A DNA stretch of 64,000 nucleotides from a virus. This document shows positions 8,313-18,006 of the stretch, piece after piece (position 1 is the stretch's first letter; every line of letters begins with the position of its first letter). The notes beneath the pieces were generated by a model. It did no database searches and had not been told where the DNA came from. It saw only the letters and a list, made by a program, of their open reading frames with translations. The position numbers and the translations under genes are program-made. The DNA is taken from positions 32,001 through 96,000 of the IMG/VR virus record IMGVR_UViG_3300005617_000028. One strand, written 5' to 3'.

Positions 8313-8588
8313 GTGCCGGCTTGGACACCACCGCCGCTGCGGGCCCACCCTGAGCGGGCGCAGACGACAATCCGGGTGGATGTGGCGCGGCGGGACGGGC
8401 TGGCGCAGCTGGCCCGGGAGCTGGGCGGGGTGAGCCTGGATGAGGCGCTGAAGGTCCTGCTGTTCCGACACGACGTGAGCCGGGCAGTGGCCAGCCTGGA
8501 GGCCGATCCGGCGGCGCTGGCCGACTACCGGCGTCAGGCGGCCGCGCTGGCCGAGGTTGACGTAGCGGTGGTCGACCCGATCTGGTGA
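8313..8588 (+). CDS. Orphan antitoxin-like RHH protein
   Basis: TTIRV...RDGLAQLARELGGVSLDEAL...DPAALADYRRQAAALAE resembles actinobacterial MazE-type antitoxins; no toxin follows. Confidence 0.6.
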   Translation: MPAWTPPPLRAHPERAQTTIRVDVARRDGLAQLARELGGVSLDEALKVLLFRHDVSRAVASLEADPAALADYRRQAAALAEVDVAVVDPIW

Positions 8589-8602
8589 CGACCGGGCGCG
8601 CA

Positions 8603-8702
8603 CGAAGGCGGGCAAGCGGGTGTGGGGGAACCCCCCGGCCGGCTGCCCGCCTTCGCGGTGGTGAACCCTCGATGGCTTTGGGAGGCCGAGGGCTCCGCCA
8701 CC
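8603..8702 (+). terminator. Tandem long hairpins (terminator or small structured RNA)
   Basis: CGAAGGCGGGCA/TGCCCGCCTTCG (8603-8655), then GGTGG..CCCTCG/CGAGGG..CCACC. Confidence 0.5.
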
Positions 8703-8775
8703 CTAGCAACAATGGGTGATATTGGCGTCACAGGACGCGCCGGTGCGGCACCGGCGCCATAGATACACATCCTGC

Positions 8776-8805
8776 TTGACGTACGTACAGCGCATAGGGT
8801 ATGTT
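8776..8805 (+). promoter_or_regulatory. SigA-type promoter of the cassette family
   Basis: TTGACG-N18-TATGTT with ACGTACGT overlapping the -35, as in the 42-54 kb array. Confidence 0.6.
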
Positions 8806-9109
8806 CGTCTAGTAGGACAGCACCGAGACGGACGGGTGAGGGAACATGAAGCGTTGTGACGCACAGGATCCCGACCGGCCACGTTCGGCCGATCAGCCGG
8901 CTCCGCCGTCGAACCGGACCGCGTAGGTTCACGGTGCACCTACTCGACTACGCCGCCGTATCTGGGCCGGCTGCTCTGCCGTCAACCATGGCACTCCCGG
9001 CCCAGCTGGGCTCTGCGATGGTGACGGTACGCGGACGCTGGCGAGGCGTGAGGGATGCGCGGTACGGCGCGCTCCCCACCTCAGTCGGTCCAGTAGGAAG
9101 GCGGCTTCG

Positions 9110-9517
9110 ATGCCCCTCATGTCACTGACCCCGCGCCGTAACGGGCGCCTGATGATGACGGTGCGGGTGGCGCATGACCTGGGCGGCGCCCAGTTGGCCG
9201 CGGTGTTGTGCCGGTACACGAATGTGTGGGACTCCTATGGCCCCGGCGTGTGGGAGAAGCCGCCCACACCGGGCCAGGAGTTGAGCCGTACTCAGTTCAC
9301 CGATCTGATCCGCAAGGCGCTCACCGCCGCCGGCAACGGGGCCTTCCTGTCGGAGGACGACTGGTCCACCGACTACACCGCTCACGAGGCGACCCTGATC
9401 GCCACGTGGGCTGTCGCTCAGATCAGCCGGCTGTATCCCGGCCTGGCCGCTGAGTTGGCCGTATGGCTGAAGGACTATCAGCCGCCGGAGCACACCGACG
9501 AGGACGAGGAGCTATGA
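9110..9517 (+). CDS. Hypothetical protein
   Basis: 135-aa ORF, acidic C-terminus. Confidence 0.6.
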   Translation: MPLMSLTPRRNGRLMMTVRVAHDLGGAQLAAVLCRYTNVWDSYGPGVWEKPPTPGQELSRTQFTDLIRKALTAAGNGAFLSEDDWSTDYTAHEATLIATWAVAQISRLYPGLAAELAVWLKDYQPPEHTDEDEEL

Positions 9518-9639
9518 GCGCGGAGTGGGGACGGCCGCCGCTCACCGGATGGTCACCGGACCTATGGCCGTACCGACTACAGGAAGACAGCGGCGTAGCC
9601 GCCCCGGCCGCCATCCACGACCGCCGGCAGGGCTGACCG

Positions 9640-10431
9640 GTGGACCTCGCACCCTACGACGTGATCCTCGTCAGCAGCTCCGGCGGCAAGGACTCGCAGG
9701 CGATGCTCACCCATGTCGTCCACCTGGCCGACCAGCAGGGCATAGAGCGCAGCCGCATCGTCGTCGTGCACGCCGACCTCGGCCGGGTCGAGTGGGCCGG
9801 CACGGTCGAACTGGTACGGGTGCAGGCGGCCTGCTACGGCCTGCGGGTGGAGGTGGTGCGGCGAAGCGAGGACCTGATCGACCAGATCCGCACCAGGCAC
9901 AAGACCCTGCGCGCCAAGGGAGACACCACTACGCCGGCTTGGCCGTCCTCGGCCGCCCGGTACTGCACGAGCGACCAGAAGACTGGCCAGGTCGCCAAGC
10001 TGATGACCCGCATGGCCACCGCGTACCGCGCCAGCGGCGGGCGGGGCCCGATCCGTATTCTGAGCTGTCTTGGCTTCCGCGCGCAGGAGTCGGCCGCCCG
10101 AGCCAAGCGACCCGCGCTCGGCGTCGACCCGCAGACCAACGGGCGTCGGCAGGTGACACGATGGCTGCCCATCTTCGACTGGTCTGTGGAGCAGGTGTGG
10201 GCCACGATCCACCGGTCCGGTCTGCCGTACCACCCCGCCTATGACGCGGGCATGCCTCGGTTGTCGTGTTGCTTCTGTGTGCTGGCCGGCCGGCGTGACC
10301 TGGTCCTGGCGGCCCGGCTCAACCCCGAGCTGGCGCGTGAGTATCTGGCCTTGGAGGAAGAGGTCGGGCACACCTTCAGACTCGATCTGAGCATGGCCAC
10401 GATCGTCGCGGACGCGCTGGTCGCCCTATGA
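9640..10431 (+). CDS. PAPS reductase family (PP-loop, Cys-cluster) protein
   Basis: SSSGGKDS PP-loop, YCTSDQK, GFRAQES..R, WLPIFDWS, HPAY..GMPRLSCCFC. Confidence 0.9.
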   Translation: MDLAPYDVILVSSSGGKDSQAMLTHVVHLADQQGIERSRIVVVHADLGRVEWAGTVELVRVQAACYGLRVEVVRRSEDLIDQIRTRHKTLRAKGDTTTPAWPSSAARYCTSDQKTGQVAKLMTRMATAYRASGGRGPIRILSCLGFRAQESAARAKRPALGVDPQTNGRRQVTRWLPIFDWSVEQVWATIHRSGLPYHPAYDAGMPRLSCCFCVLAGRRDLVLAARLNPELAREYLALEEEVGHTFRLDLSMATIVADALVAL

Positions 10432-10805
10432 CCACGAACACAGCGAAAGGCAACGACGTGACGACAGACAGCCACCGCATGCAACAGGTCGACATGACCG
10501 ACGAACAGGCCCTGGCGCTCGGCGGCCGTAGTTCGACCGGCGACGACGGCACGGTGCGGTTCTACTTCGAGGAGCGAATCTGGCACGAGTGGGCCGTCCT
10601 GTTGATCTCGCGATACCACCAGTCGGGTCGGGTGGCCGAAGGACGGTTGGGCGGCTGCCGCATCACCAGAAGTCAGGCCGAGGCGTACGCACAGGGGAAA
10701 GTCTTCGCCGCCGACGGCAAGCTCTGGTTTGAGGACACCGACCCGGTCATCGAACAGCGCGTCCGCGATCACCTGACCGGGTTAGGACAAGCGTGGAGCA
10801 ACTGA
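10428..10805 (+). CDS. Hypothetical protein
   Basis: ATGA-coupled ORF. Confidence 0.55.
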   Translation: MTTNTAKGNDVTTDSHRMQQVDMTDEQALALGGRSSTGDDGTVRFYFEERIWHEWAVLLISRYHQSGRVAEGRLGGCRITRSQAEAYAQGKVFAADGKLWFEDTDPVIEQRVRDHLTGLGQAWSN

Positions 10806-10996
10806 TGCAGCCCACGTCGCGGCGCGCCTGCCGGACCCACCGTCCGCAGTGGAGGGTGCGGGTCCGGGAAGCTAACTATTCTGCCTTCAATGGCGGTCAC
10901 CGGACGCCGTCGGCGTACTCGGAGGTGGTGTGCCAGACCTGCGGCCGCTGCTGGCGTACCAGGGCGGCCTACGTGGCCACGCTGGAGGATCTATGA
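10805..10996 (+). CDS. Small Zn-ribbon phage protein
   Basis: NYSAFNGGHRTPSAYSEVVCQTCGRCWRT. Confidence 0.6.
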   Translation: MQPTSRRACRTHRPQWRVRVREANYSAFNGGHRTPSAYSEVVCQTCGRCWRTRAAYVATLEDL

Positions 10997-11283
10997 CCAT
11001 GTCGGTGCGGGCGTGGTGCCTGCGGCTGAAAGAGCAGCTGCCCGGGTGGCATTTCTGGTACAGCAGCGGGTCCGGGTCCGGCTGGTACGCGGTTCCCGCC
11101 CCGGCGGACATGGCGCACGCCGAGACGCTGGAGCTGCCGAACCGGTTGGGCCCGTACCAGGCGCCGGGGGTGCTGCGGGAGGCGTGCCGGGAGCGGTACG
11201 GCTGGGATGAATTCTGCGGGAACTGCGGGGTGGTGGCCCGTGACTGCGGGCACCGTGGGCCCGAAACCCGGGCGAGGGCCTGA
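10993..11283 (+). CDS. Hypothetical protein
   Basis: ATGA-coupled; C-terminal CGNC...CGH. Confidence 0.55.
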   Translation: MTMSVRAWCLRLKEQLPGWHFWYSSGSGSGWYAVPAPADMAHAETLELPNRLGPYQAPGVLREACRERYGWDEFCGNCGVVARDCGHRGPETRARA

Positions 11284-11363
11284 GCGACCCCGGTCGAGCG
11301 GTCCAGGTTGTCGACACGAACGGGCGAGCCATGATCGGCGCACATAGGGCCTAGCCTGGGCGG

Positions 11364-11924
11364 ATGCAGGTCTACCGGGTGGGTGCGCTGTTCAGCGACG
11401 AGCGCCAGTCGTGGCCGCAGGGCTCCCACCTGTGGATGGATGAGACGGTCCGGTTCGCGGTGTTTCTGCACCACCCGCACCCTCGTGAGGTCGATGCCAT
11501 CTACCGCGGCGCGGCGAAGTTCGCGTGGATCGACGAGCCGCTGACCGGCTACCTGGCCTACCGATTCGGCGAGATGCCGTGGTCTGACGCGCCGTTCAAC
11601 CCGCAGCGGCAGGCGGCGGCCGCGCCGTTCGCGATCCCCGAGCAGCCCCGGGGCACCCATCTGCTGGTGCACATCTTCCTGGTCGGCGCCGGCGACGGCG
11701 TGATCCAGGCGATGCGCTTGGTCACCTGGCCGGCCCATTTCGTCAACACGGTCCGGCGTAGCGTGGCGCGGCTGGCGGCCCAGCCCTATTCTGACGTGCG
11801 CGCCCGGGCCGCTGAGGACCAGCACTGGGCGCAGTTCAACGACGGCCCGGCGGTGGCCCGCCTGGTCCGGGAACGGGCGGCGGCCACCTGTACAGGCGGC
11901 ACGGAGCTGCCCGCGATGGAGTAG
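11364..11924 (+). CDS. Hypothetical protein
   Basis: 186-aa ORF, GC3-rich codon usage. Confidence 0.65.
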   Translation: MQVYRVGALFSDERQSWPQGSHLWMDETVRFAVFLHHPHPREVDAIYRGAAKFAWIDEPLTGYLAYRFGEMPWSDAPFNPQRQAAAAPFAIPEQPRGTHLLVHIFLVGAGDGVIQAMRLVTWPAHFVNTVRRSVARLAAQPYSDVRARAAEDQHWAQFNDGPAVARLVRERAAATCTGGTELPAME

Positions 11925-12039
11925 TCCCACCCAACCCATTGACCGCCCTTCGATGAACGGGTCCCCGAGCGGGTGACAGCGCCGGGCGTACCCGCGCGAG
12001 TTGGCTGGTCAGGGCCGGGTGGTTTGCCATCCTGACAGG

Positions 12040-12216
12040 ATGTGGATCAGGTCCGGCACGGTGCAACGTCGGCAGGCGTTCGTCGCCGCGCTGGTCGCCT
12101 TCGGAATGGGCTACATCATGGCCACCTACGCCCAGCTGTACCACTGGCCGTGGTGGTCGGCGCTGGTGGTCGGCCTCGGCGCGATGGCCTACATCGCCTG
12201 GCTGGTGGACCAGTGA
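12040..12216 (+). CDS. Small two-TM membrane protein
   Basis: Two hydrophobic stretches (AFVAALVAFGMGYIMA; WWSALVVGLGAMAYIAWLV). Confidence 0.5.
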   Translation: MWIRSGTVQRRQAFVAALVAFGMGYIMATYAQLYHWPWWSALVVGLGAMAYIAWLVDQ

Positions 12217-12453
12217 CCGCGGGCAGCTGTCAGCGTGAGGGCCACCGGTACGCCGCCGAGCTTGACGACACCGGCGCGCTGTTTCTGGGCGGCTCAGACA
12301 TGGACCCGCACCCGGACGGGGTGTTCGAGGCGGTGTGCGCCCGGCGTGGCTGTCAGATGCACCGGTACCACACCTGGTCCGCCGGAGTGCTGATCCACGA
12401 AACCCTGCGGGATGACCCCGCTGCCCTGAAACCCATGTTGGGAGAACCGTTTC

Positions 12454-13113
12454 ATGCTTGACACCGTCAAGGCCCCGGTGGTGCAGGGCCTGGTGGAGCA
12501 GATCGAAATCAACGCTCAACGGCGCGGGTGGAATTCGCCGCCCGGGTTCTACGTCATCTACGACGCCAACGACCGGGAATCCGATGAGGCGTACCGGACT
12601 CTCCTCCCGCCGCAGGCCGCCACCGGTGAATGGCCGCTGAGCCGGCCGCCCTACATCGCCCGGATGGTGTTCCGTTCGGCTTTGCTGTTGCCCAACCCGG
12701 TGCACGCGCTGTACTGGTTGGCGCTCATCTTGAGCGAGCCGAGAATTCCGGGGCACGCCGCCGCGAAGGAGATGATCGCGATGCTGGGCCAGCCGGGTCT
12801 GGTCGCACTGGCGCTTCGGCACGAGGGCTGGGGCCAGGCCGCATCCACCCGGCAGGAGATGCTTGCCCGCATCCCCGGCCGCCCCTTCATGGACCGGCCA
12901 GATTCGAAGGAGTATCGGTTCGTTCACTGTGTGGATGTGACCGGCGCTCACTGTACGGCGTCTCGTGTGCGGGGCCAGACGCCACGGGTGGGGACACCGT
13001 TGGAGGTGATGGGCGCGGTGCCGGAAGCTCTCACCGTGATTCTGGCGGCGGCCACCGGGGCACCGTTGCCGCCCCTGACCTGTGAGCCCAGAGGGTGGGG
13101 AGAACCGGACTGA
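12454..13113 (+). CDS. Hypothetical protein
   Basis: 219-aa ORF, GGAG RBS. Confidence 0.65.
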   Translation: MLDTVKAPVVQGLVEQIEINAQRRGWNSPPGFYVIYDANDRESDEAYRTLLPPQAATGEWPLSRPPYIARMVFRSALLLPNPVHALYWLALILSEPRIPGHAAAKEMIAMLGQPGLVALALRHEGWGQAASTRQEMLARIPGRPFMDRPDSKEYRFVHCVDVTGAHCTASRVRGQTPRVGTPLEVMGAVPEALTVILAAATGAPLPPLTCEPRGWGEPD

Positions 13114-13207
13114 GGGTCGCCTTACGCCGGCGGTGTTAGGGTGTGGGCGAAACCCGGCCCGGAGCCAGCTGGATCACGCGCGCTGTTGAATCCCGCCGAG
13201 GTCGCTC

Positions 13208-13603
13208 ATGTCGAAAGCCACCAGCTGGCCTGCCTATCAGTACCGCGGCACCGTGGTGACCGTCCACGACGGGGACACCTGCACCCTGGACCTGGATCTG
13301 GGCTTTGACGTCAGTCACCGGGCGGTGATCCGCCTGTTGGGGTGCAACGCGATTGAGCTGGCCCAGCCGGGTGGCCGGGAGGCGGCGCGGCATCTGGCTG
13401 AACTGCTCCCGCCCGGCGCGGTGGTGACGGTGGCGACGGTACGCCCGGACAAGTTCGGCGGCCGCTACGACGCCACGGTGACACTGTCCACCGGCGTCAA
13501 CCTGGTGGCGTCGCTCATCGAAGACGGGTGGGCGGTGCCCTGGACCGGGTCCGGCGCCAAGCCGGTACCCGCCTGGCCACGCAAGCCTGCCCCGACCCAC
13601 TGA
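13208..13603 (+). CDS. Thermonuclease (SNase-like) protein
   Basis: VHDGDT..LDLDLGF...IRLLGCNAIEL...DKFGGRY...LIEDGWA. Confidence 0.88.
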   Translation: MSKATSWPAYQYRGTVVTVHDGDTCTLDLDLGFDVSHRAVIRLLGCNAIELAQPGGREAARHLAELLPPGAVVTVATVRPDKFGGRYDATVTLSTGVNLVASLIEDGWAVPWTGSGAKPVPAWPRKPAPTH

Positions 13604-14063
13604 GAGGAATCCGGATGACCGCCACCCTTGACCCGCCCGAGAAGGAGCCGGCCCGCGCCCAGTCGCAGCCCGGCTACGTCTACGTCAACCCGAACGAGGA
13701 CGAGCACGCCGACCCGGCCGGAGTGTCCAGCTCGCCGGAAGACGCCGACGGTTCGTCGGACACCCCGGAGCCCGATCCGGACGACGAGTAGGCCTCAGCC
13801 GTCGGCCGGTGGGGGACTGGGGCAGCGGTGGTCAGCAACCATTACCAGTCCGAACCCGGGCACGCCGAGTATTTCGGTGTCGGCGTAACGCTGCCGCAGG
13901 GTGGCGTCGCCCATGCCCGTGCGCACATCCAGCCACCAGTGGTGTTCGTCGGCCCGTCCCACCACGGTGGCCATGCAGATGACGGGCAGCTGGTTGTTCA
14001 TCGCGGCGCTGATGGTGCCGACGGCCACCATGACCACTGTGCCGGGCCGCAGATAGTTCAGGC

Positions 14064-14513
14064 TCACCACCCGCTCGTGCCGGCCGGCCGAAGGTGGGCC
14101 CGCCGAACCGGTGGGGAGTCACCGCCGCGCCGGTACCCGTACAGGGCGAACTCAGCGTCGGGCAGGTCGACCGTGCGGGGCAGGTCCTGCCACCAGGTGT
14201 CGCGGTGGTCGTTGATGTGTTCGTAGAGCCAGACCAGAAATGGCTCAAACAGTGGGCACACCCGGATCTGGTGGCGGGCCAGGTCGGCCTGGGCCAGGCC
14301 GTGGGGGACGAACACCGCGCCCTCCTGGGTGGCCAGATCCAGCACCCAGAAACTGTCCCCGCTGATGCTCTGGCTGGCGATCAGCGACGGGTACTCGCAG
14401 CCCGGGTACCGGGCCGGCTCCGTCCATTTGATCGCGTCAAACCGGGCCACCACGAATTTGCCCCAGTTGCCTGGGCGGTCGCCGTGTCCCGCTTCGACGA
14501 ATTTCGTCTCCAT
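14064..14513 (-). CDS. Hypothetical protein
   Basis: GAGGAG RBS; NWGKFVVARF...VLDLATQEGA...IRVCPLFEPFL. Confidence 0.65.
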   Translation of the reverse strand: METKFVEAGHGDRPGNWGKFVVARFDAIKWTEPARYPGCEYPSLIASQSISGDSFWVLDLATQEGAVFVPHGLAQADLARHQIRVCPLFEPFLVWLYEHINDHRDTWWQDLPRTVDLPDAEFALYGYRRGGDSPPVRRAHLRPAGTSGW

Positions 14514-14756
14514 CACGTTCCTCCTCAAGCCTTGTAATGGTGAACGAGCCACCGTCACGGAGGCCACACACGATTTCCCCGCGCATGATGGTGGGGCTCA
14601 GATCGGCTACCACCCACACGGCTTTGGAGGCGAGCAGCTTTCGGGCGAAGCGGTGGACGAGCCGGGCCAGATGGTGTTCGTTTGTGGCGTGCAGGACCAG
14701 ATTCGGCACCGATTGGTGGTGGCCGACCCGCTGAAAGGTGATTCGGTACCAGGCCA

Positions 14757-15002
14757 TCACAACCAGGTTTCCACAATGTGCGGTGGATCCTCCGGCGAGC
14801 GCGTCAGGCAGGCGTCCGCGGTCAGCGGCAGCAGCAGTCGGATTCCGGGCAGGGTGGCTGCGGTGCCCAGGATCGGCCCGAACACCTGGCCGATGTCACC
14901 GCCGTACACCTTCACCTCCCGTAGCACGTATTCCGCCCCGGGCACGTCGGTCGGCCGGTGGTAGACGTTGTACATCGTCAGCGGTTCGGTCACGCGGATC
15001 AC
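14757..15002 (-). CDS. Hypothetical protein
   Basis: VYHRPTDVP...RSPEDPPHIVETWL; part of a coupled minus-strand operon. Confidence 0.6.
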   Translation of the reverse strand: MIRVTEPLTMYNVYHRPTDVPGAEYVLREVKVYGGDIGQVFGPILGTAATLPGIRLLLPLTADACLTRSPEDPPHIVETWL

Positions 15003-15023
15003 TCCACAGAAGACAGTGGCGGG

Positions 15024-16049
15024 TCAGTCCTGCCGGAACGGTGGGCACTGGTAGACGGCGGGCATCCGCGAACTGCTCTTCCATTTGACCGCGATCGGGT
15101 CGCCGCTGGCGAAGCGGTACCAGGCCTGCAGCCCCATGCCGAGCTGGGACACGTTGTCGCGCTTCGTCAGGACGGAGCTGGCCGGGATGGCGTTGCGCAA
15201 CAGCACCCGGGCGTCACCGCGGGGGAGTTCGGTGCCTTCGCAGGCACCCCGCAGAAACTGCCATGTCAGTGGCAGGTCGCTGGTGGGCAGCTCCGGAATG
15301 TCGTCGCGGCCGTGGTCGGGGTTGGCCCGCACGATCAGGTAGCACATCGCGCCCGCTGCGGACCCGATGATGGGGGACGAGTCGCGCCCGGCGCGGGCGT
15401 ACTGCAGCGCGGTTTCCAGCAGGCCTGGGTCCTGGTTGGCTACCGCCTCCACATCGCGGGCCCGTACCTTGGGCATGTTTCTGCGCTGGGTGTTGAACGA
15501 TTCTCCGGTGCTGGCGCCGAAGTCGTAGAGGTAGATCAACCGGCAGACGCTGCCGGCCAGGGCCGCATGCCGTACACCCATCACGGTCAACGTGTCGGCG
15601 AGGGAGCGGCCCTTGCCGCAGTCCACATCGGGGAAATTCTCCGGCGGACAGCCGACGGTGACCATCATCCACTGGCCCTTCTCGGTGTCCACAATGGCCT
15701 TGAGGCGCTTCTGGCCGTCCTGCAGCCGGGCGAGCGTGTCGAACGCGATCCCCTGATGGGTGAGGCGGAAGTCGTCCCGGGAGATCAGGTCCCGCCAGTA
15801 CCGCAGCCACGCCGGCGCAGAGGGCCGGTTGCGCACGTTGCGTTCCAGGGCCAGCGCGGCCAGCTTCGGGGTGACGAAGACGTAGCGCGTCTCCATCGAC
15901 CCCCATGGCTTCAGCTTCTCCGTGTGCGGGTCCAGCATCCACCGGATGGTGCGGGCGTCTGGCTCGAATGACTTCACATCGGGTGGCTTCACGTCATGGC
16001 GTTTGCGGGTGATGGTCACCGGGTGCTCGGTCGCGGTGCTCGCCTTCAC
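15024..16049 (-). CDS. DGQHR-related (ParB/DndB-like N-domain) protein, variant DGQKR
   Basis: VTPKLAALALERNVRNRP...THQGIAFD...LQDGQKRLKAIV...VDCGKGRS; GTGA overlap start. Confidence 0.7.
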   Translation of the reverse strand: MKASTATEHPVTITRKRHDVKPPDVKSFEPDARTIRWMLDPHTEKLKPWGSMETRYVFVTPKLAALALERNVRNRPSAPAWLRYWRDLISRDDFRLTHQGIAFDTLARLQDGQKRLKAIVDTEKGQWMMVTVGCPPENFPDVDCGKGRSLADTLTVMGVRHAALAGSVCRLIYLYDFGASTGESFNTQRRNMPKVRARDVEAVANQDPGLLETALQYARAGRDSSPIIGSAAGAMCYLIVRANPDHGRDDIPELPTSDLPLTWQFLRGACEGTELPRGDARVLLRNAIPASSVLTKRDNVSQLGMGLQAWYRFASGDPIAVKWKSSSRMPAVYQCPPFRQD

Positions 16050-16285
16050 GGTGTGGTCGCCCAACGGGCGAACGCGCCGACCAGGGCGCAGGCGTACGCG
16101 CCGGTGCCCAGCCCGATCCCCCCGGCGAACAGCGCCATCAGCACCGGATGTTCGCGTGGCCAGAAGAACAGCCACCGGGGTGTGCAGTCGTGCCCGACCG
16201 GCAGCACGTGGCGGGTGAACCGCTCACCGCATTTGCCGCACACGACATTGAACTGCGAATCGGACGTCTGTGGACTGTTGGGCAT
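16046..16285 (-). CDS. Small membrane protein with CxxC
   Basis: CGKC plus a hydrophobic C-terminal helix. Confidence 0.5.
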   Translation of the reverse strand: MPNSPQTSDSQFNVVCGKCGERFTRHVLPVGHDCTPRWLFFWPREHPVLMALFAGGIGLGTGAYACALVGAFARWATTP

Positions 16286-16287
16286 CT

Positions 16288-16650
16288 CTATTCCTCGATT
16301 CGGTTTGCGCTCATGGGTTGTGGGCCGTGCAACGCCGGATCGTCCGGGTCGTTGAGGCCCAGCCAGCAGTCCTCGTCATGCCAGTGCCCGGCCATACCGG
16401 CCAGCGCCATACAACCGCAGTACGGACAGTGGTACTGCCCGATCGGGTGGCCGATCAGTTCCTCCGGCTGCTCCGGGCATTCGCCCAACAGGGCGAACCC
16501 GAGTTGGTCGGCCAGCGCGGTCAGGTGCCCGTGCACCAGTCGGTGCACGAAACTGGATGCCGTCGTTGCCGGTCCGAAACGCTCCAGTTGCCGGGTGATC
16601 TCGTCCCGCGCGACGATCAGTTCGTCGTGGTGCCGTTGGGCCAGAATCAC
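16288..16650 (-). CDS. Hypothetical Zn-finger protein
   Basis: PIGQYHCPYCG.MALAGM.GH. Confidence 0.6.
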   Translation of the reverse strand: MILAQRHHDELIVARDEITRQLERFGPATTASSFVHRLVHGHLTALADQLGFALLGECPEQPEELIGHPIGQYHCPYCGCMALAGMAGHWHDEDCWLGLNDPDDPALHGPQPMSANRIEE

Positions 16651-16982
16651 TGCTGGTCCAGCCTGTTGTCCTGCCGGCTGTGCGGGGCAGGGTCCTCATC
16701 GGGCAGCAGCGACATGATGGCGTAGGAGCCCAGCTGCAGGCCGAACAGTTCGCCTTTCGCCACGAAGCCGACCCGCTTGACCACCACCCGCCCGGTGTAG
16801 CGGCGCTGACTGCAGCCCGCGTCGTCACAATCGTGTGTGCCGGCCGGGTTGTATTCGCACAGGACCAGGGTGTCCCCGGCCTGGAATCCGCGGCCGTCGT
16901 CCCGGCGGACCTCGAAGGTCTTCTCACCGGACAGGATCCGCTCGAACATCGGCGGGTGTGTCTTCAGTTCATGGTGCATCAT
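16647..16982 (-). CDS. DUF3850 / ASCH-PUA domain protein
   Basis: HELKTHPPMFERILSGEKTFEVRRDDGRGFQAGDTLVLCEY. Confidence 0.88.
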   Translation of the reverse strand: MMHHELKTHPPMFERILSGEKTFEVRRDDGRGFQAGDTLVLCEYNPAGTHDCDDAGCSQRRYTGRVVVKRVGFVAKGELFGLQLGSYAIMSLLPDEDPAPHSRQDNRLDQQ

Positions 16983-17586
16983 CGTGTGTCCTCCACCACC
17001 AGCCGGCCGGTGACCCGGTCACCCGGTACCGGCCCTCAATGTCGGTGTCCCGCTGAAAATCGGCCCGGCCCGGCAGGGTCAGCGAAATCGCTTCCAGCGG
17101 ATCGCCGGCGTAGTCGTGTTCGCGCCAGTGGTAGATGCCGTCTTCCACCACCAGGTAGCAGCCGGTGCTGACCAGCGGCGCGTAGTGGGTGATCTCGGCG
17201 ATGACATGGTCGCGGGAATGGTCGGAGTCCAGGCTCACCATGACGCGCCGGCCGGCCACCAGCGCGGCCACCTGGGCCAGGATGCCGCTGTTGATTGAAT
17301 CCCCGATCAGAGCCACGACGTTGTCGCGCTTGCGGGCCTTGTTCGGCCTGCCGTCGGTGTCGATGGTCACCACCAGATCGACCTGGTTGGCGAACCAGTT
17401 CGCCGATGCGCCGAAGCGGGTGCCGCATTCCACCACCACATCGGGTCGGGTCGCGTCGATGATCTCCGCGTAGCGCATCAGGTCGGCGGAGTCTTTCTCC
17501 AACCCGTCGAATTCGCAGGGCGTGCCGAACGTGGCCAGCGTCAGCGCCAGATCCACGCCGACCGCTGGTTCGAGCAGTGTCACCAC
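16969..17586 (-). CDS. CmcI (cephalosporin hydroxylase / rhamnosyl O-methyltransferase) family SAM methyltransferase
   Basis: RPDVVVECGTRFGASA...VMVSLDSDHSRDHV..E...YAPLVSTGCYLVVEDG. Confidence 0.85.
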   Translation of the reverse strand: MVTLLEPAVGVDLALTLATFGTPCEFDGLEKDSADLMRYAEIIDATRPDVVVECGTRFGASANWFANQVDLVVTIDTDGRPNKARKRDNVVALIGDSINSGILAQVAALVAGRRVMVSLDSDHSRDHVIAEITHYAPLVSTGCYLVVEDGIYHWREHDYAGDPLEAISLTLPGRADFQRDTDIEGRYRVTGSPAGWWWRTHDDAP

Positions 17587-17713
17587 AGGTGCTCCTCAAA
17601 CTTGGTCCGTCAGCATCGTACGGCGCAAAATCCACCGTATCGGGATATTCCGGCCACAACGTGGTAGAAAAGGTTCACGGGTGGTGCGGGGGCCCATCCG
17701 GTCAACGGGGGAG

Positions 17714-17953
17714 ATGTCTGTGATCTGGCTTCGGCAGCTGTTGCTGCGCCTGTCCGGCCACTGGTACTACTCGACCAGCTGTCTGCACGGTCACCACAAA
17801 CACTGCCAGGCCACGGTCGCCATCGATGGCACCGTCAAAGAGCCGGGCCAGTGCAAGTGGTGTGACCAGATGTGCATCTGCCGGTGCCACCGGCCCCGTC
17901 GTCGTCCGTGGAGTGAGACCACGGTGAACCTGCCGGCCGCCGACGCACAGTAG
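17714..17953 (+). CDS. Small Cys/His-rich actinophage protein
   Basis: YYSTSCLHGHHKHC...CKWC...CICRCH. Confidence 0.6.
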   Translation: MSVIWLRQLLLRLSGHWYYSTSCLHGHHKHCQATVAIDGTVKEPGQCKWCDQMCICRCHRPRRRPWSETTVNLPAADAQ

Positions 17954-18006
17954 GGCGGCCCAGGGGTTCAGGACCTGGGCCGCCCATCCCCCGTACGTGC
18001 GTGGTG

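Noticed and set aside
8807-8820. Copy of the TGTCTA-N5-TAGACA operator (GTCTAGTAGGAC)
   Set aside because: Spacing and half-sites do not fit the 17-bp consensus
12040-12216. Holin
   Set aside because: Two TM helices but 22 kb from the amidase and no other support
9640-16049. Dnd/Ssp phosphorothioation or Dpd system
   Set aside because: The PAPS-reductase-like and DGQHR-like genes are 4.6 kb apart on opposite strands; no DndA/D/E, SspB-D or DpdA-like genes seen
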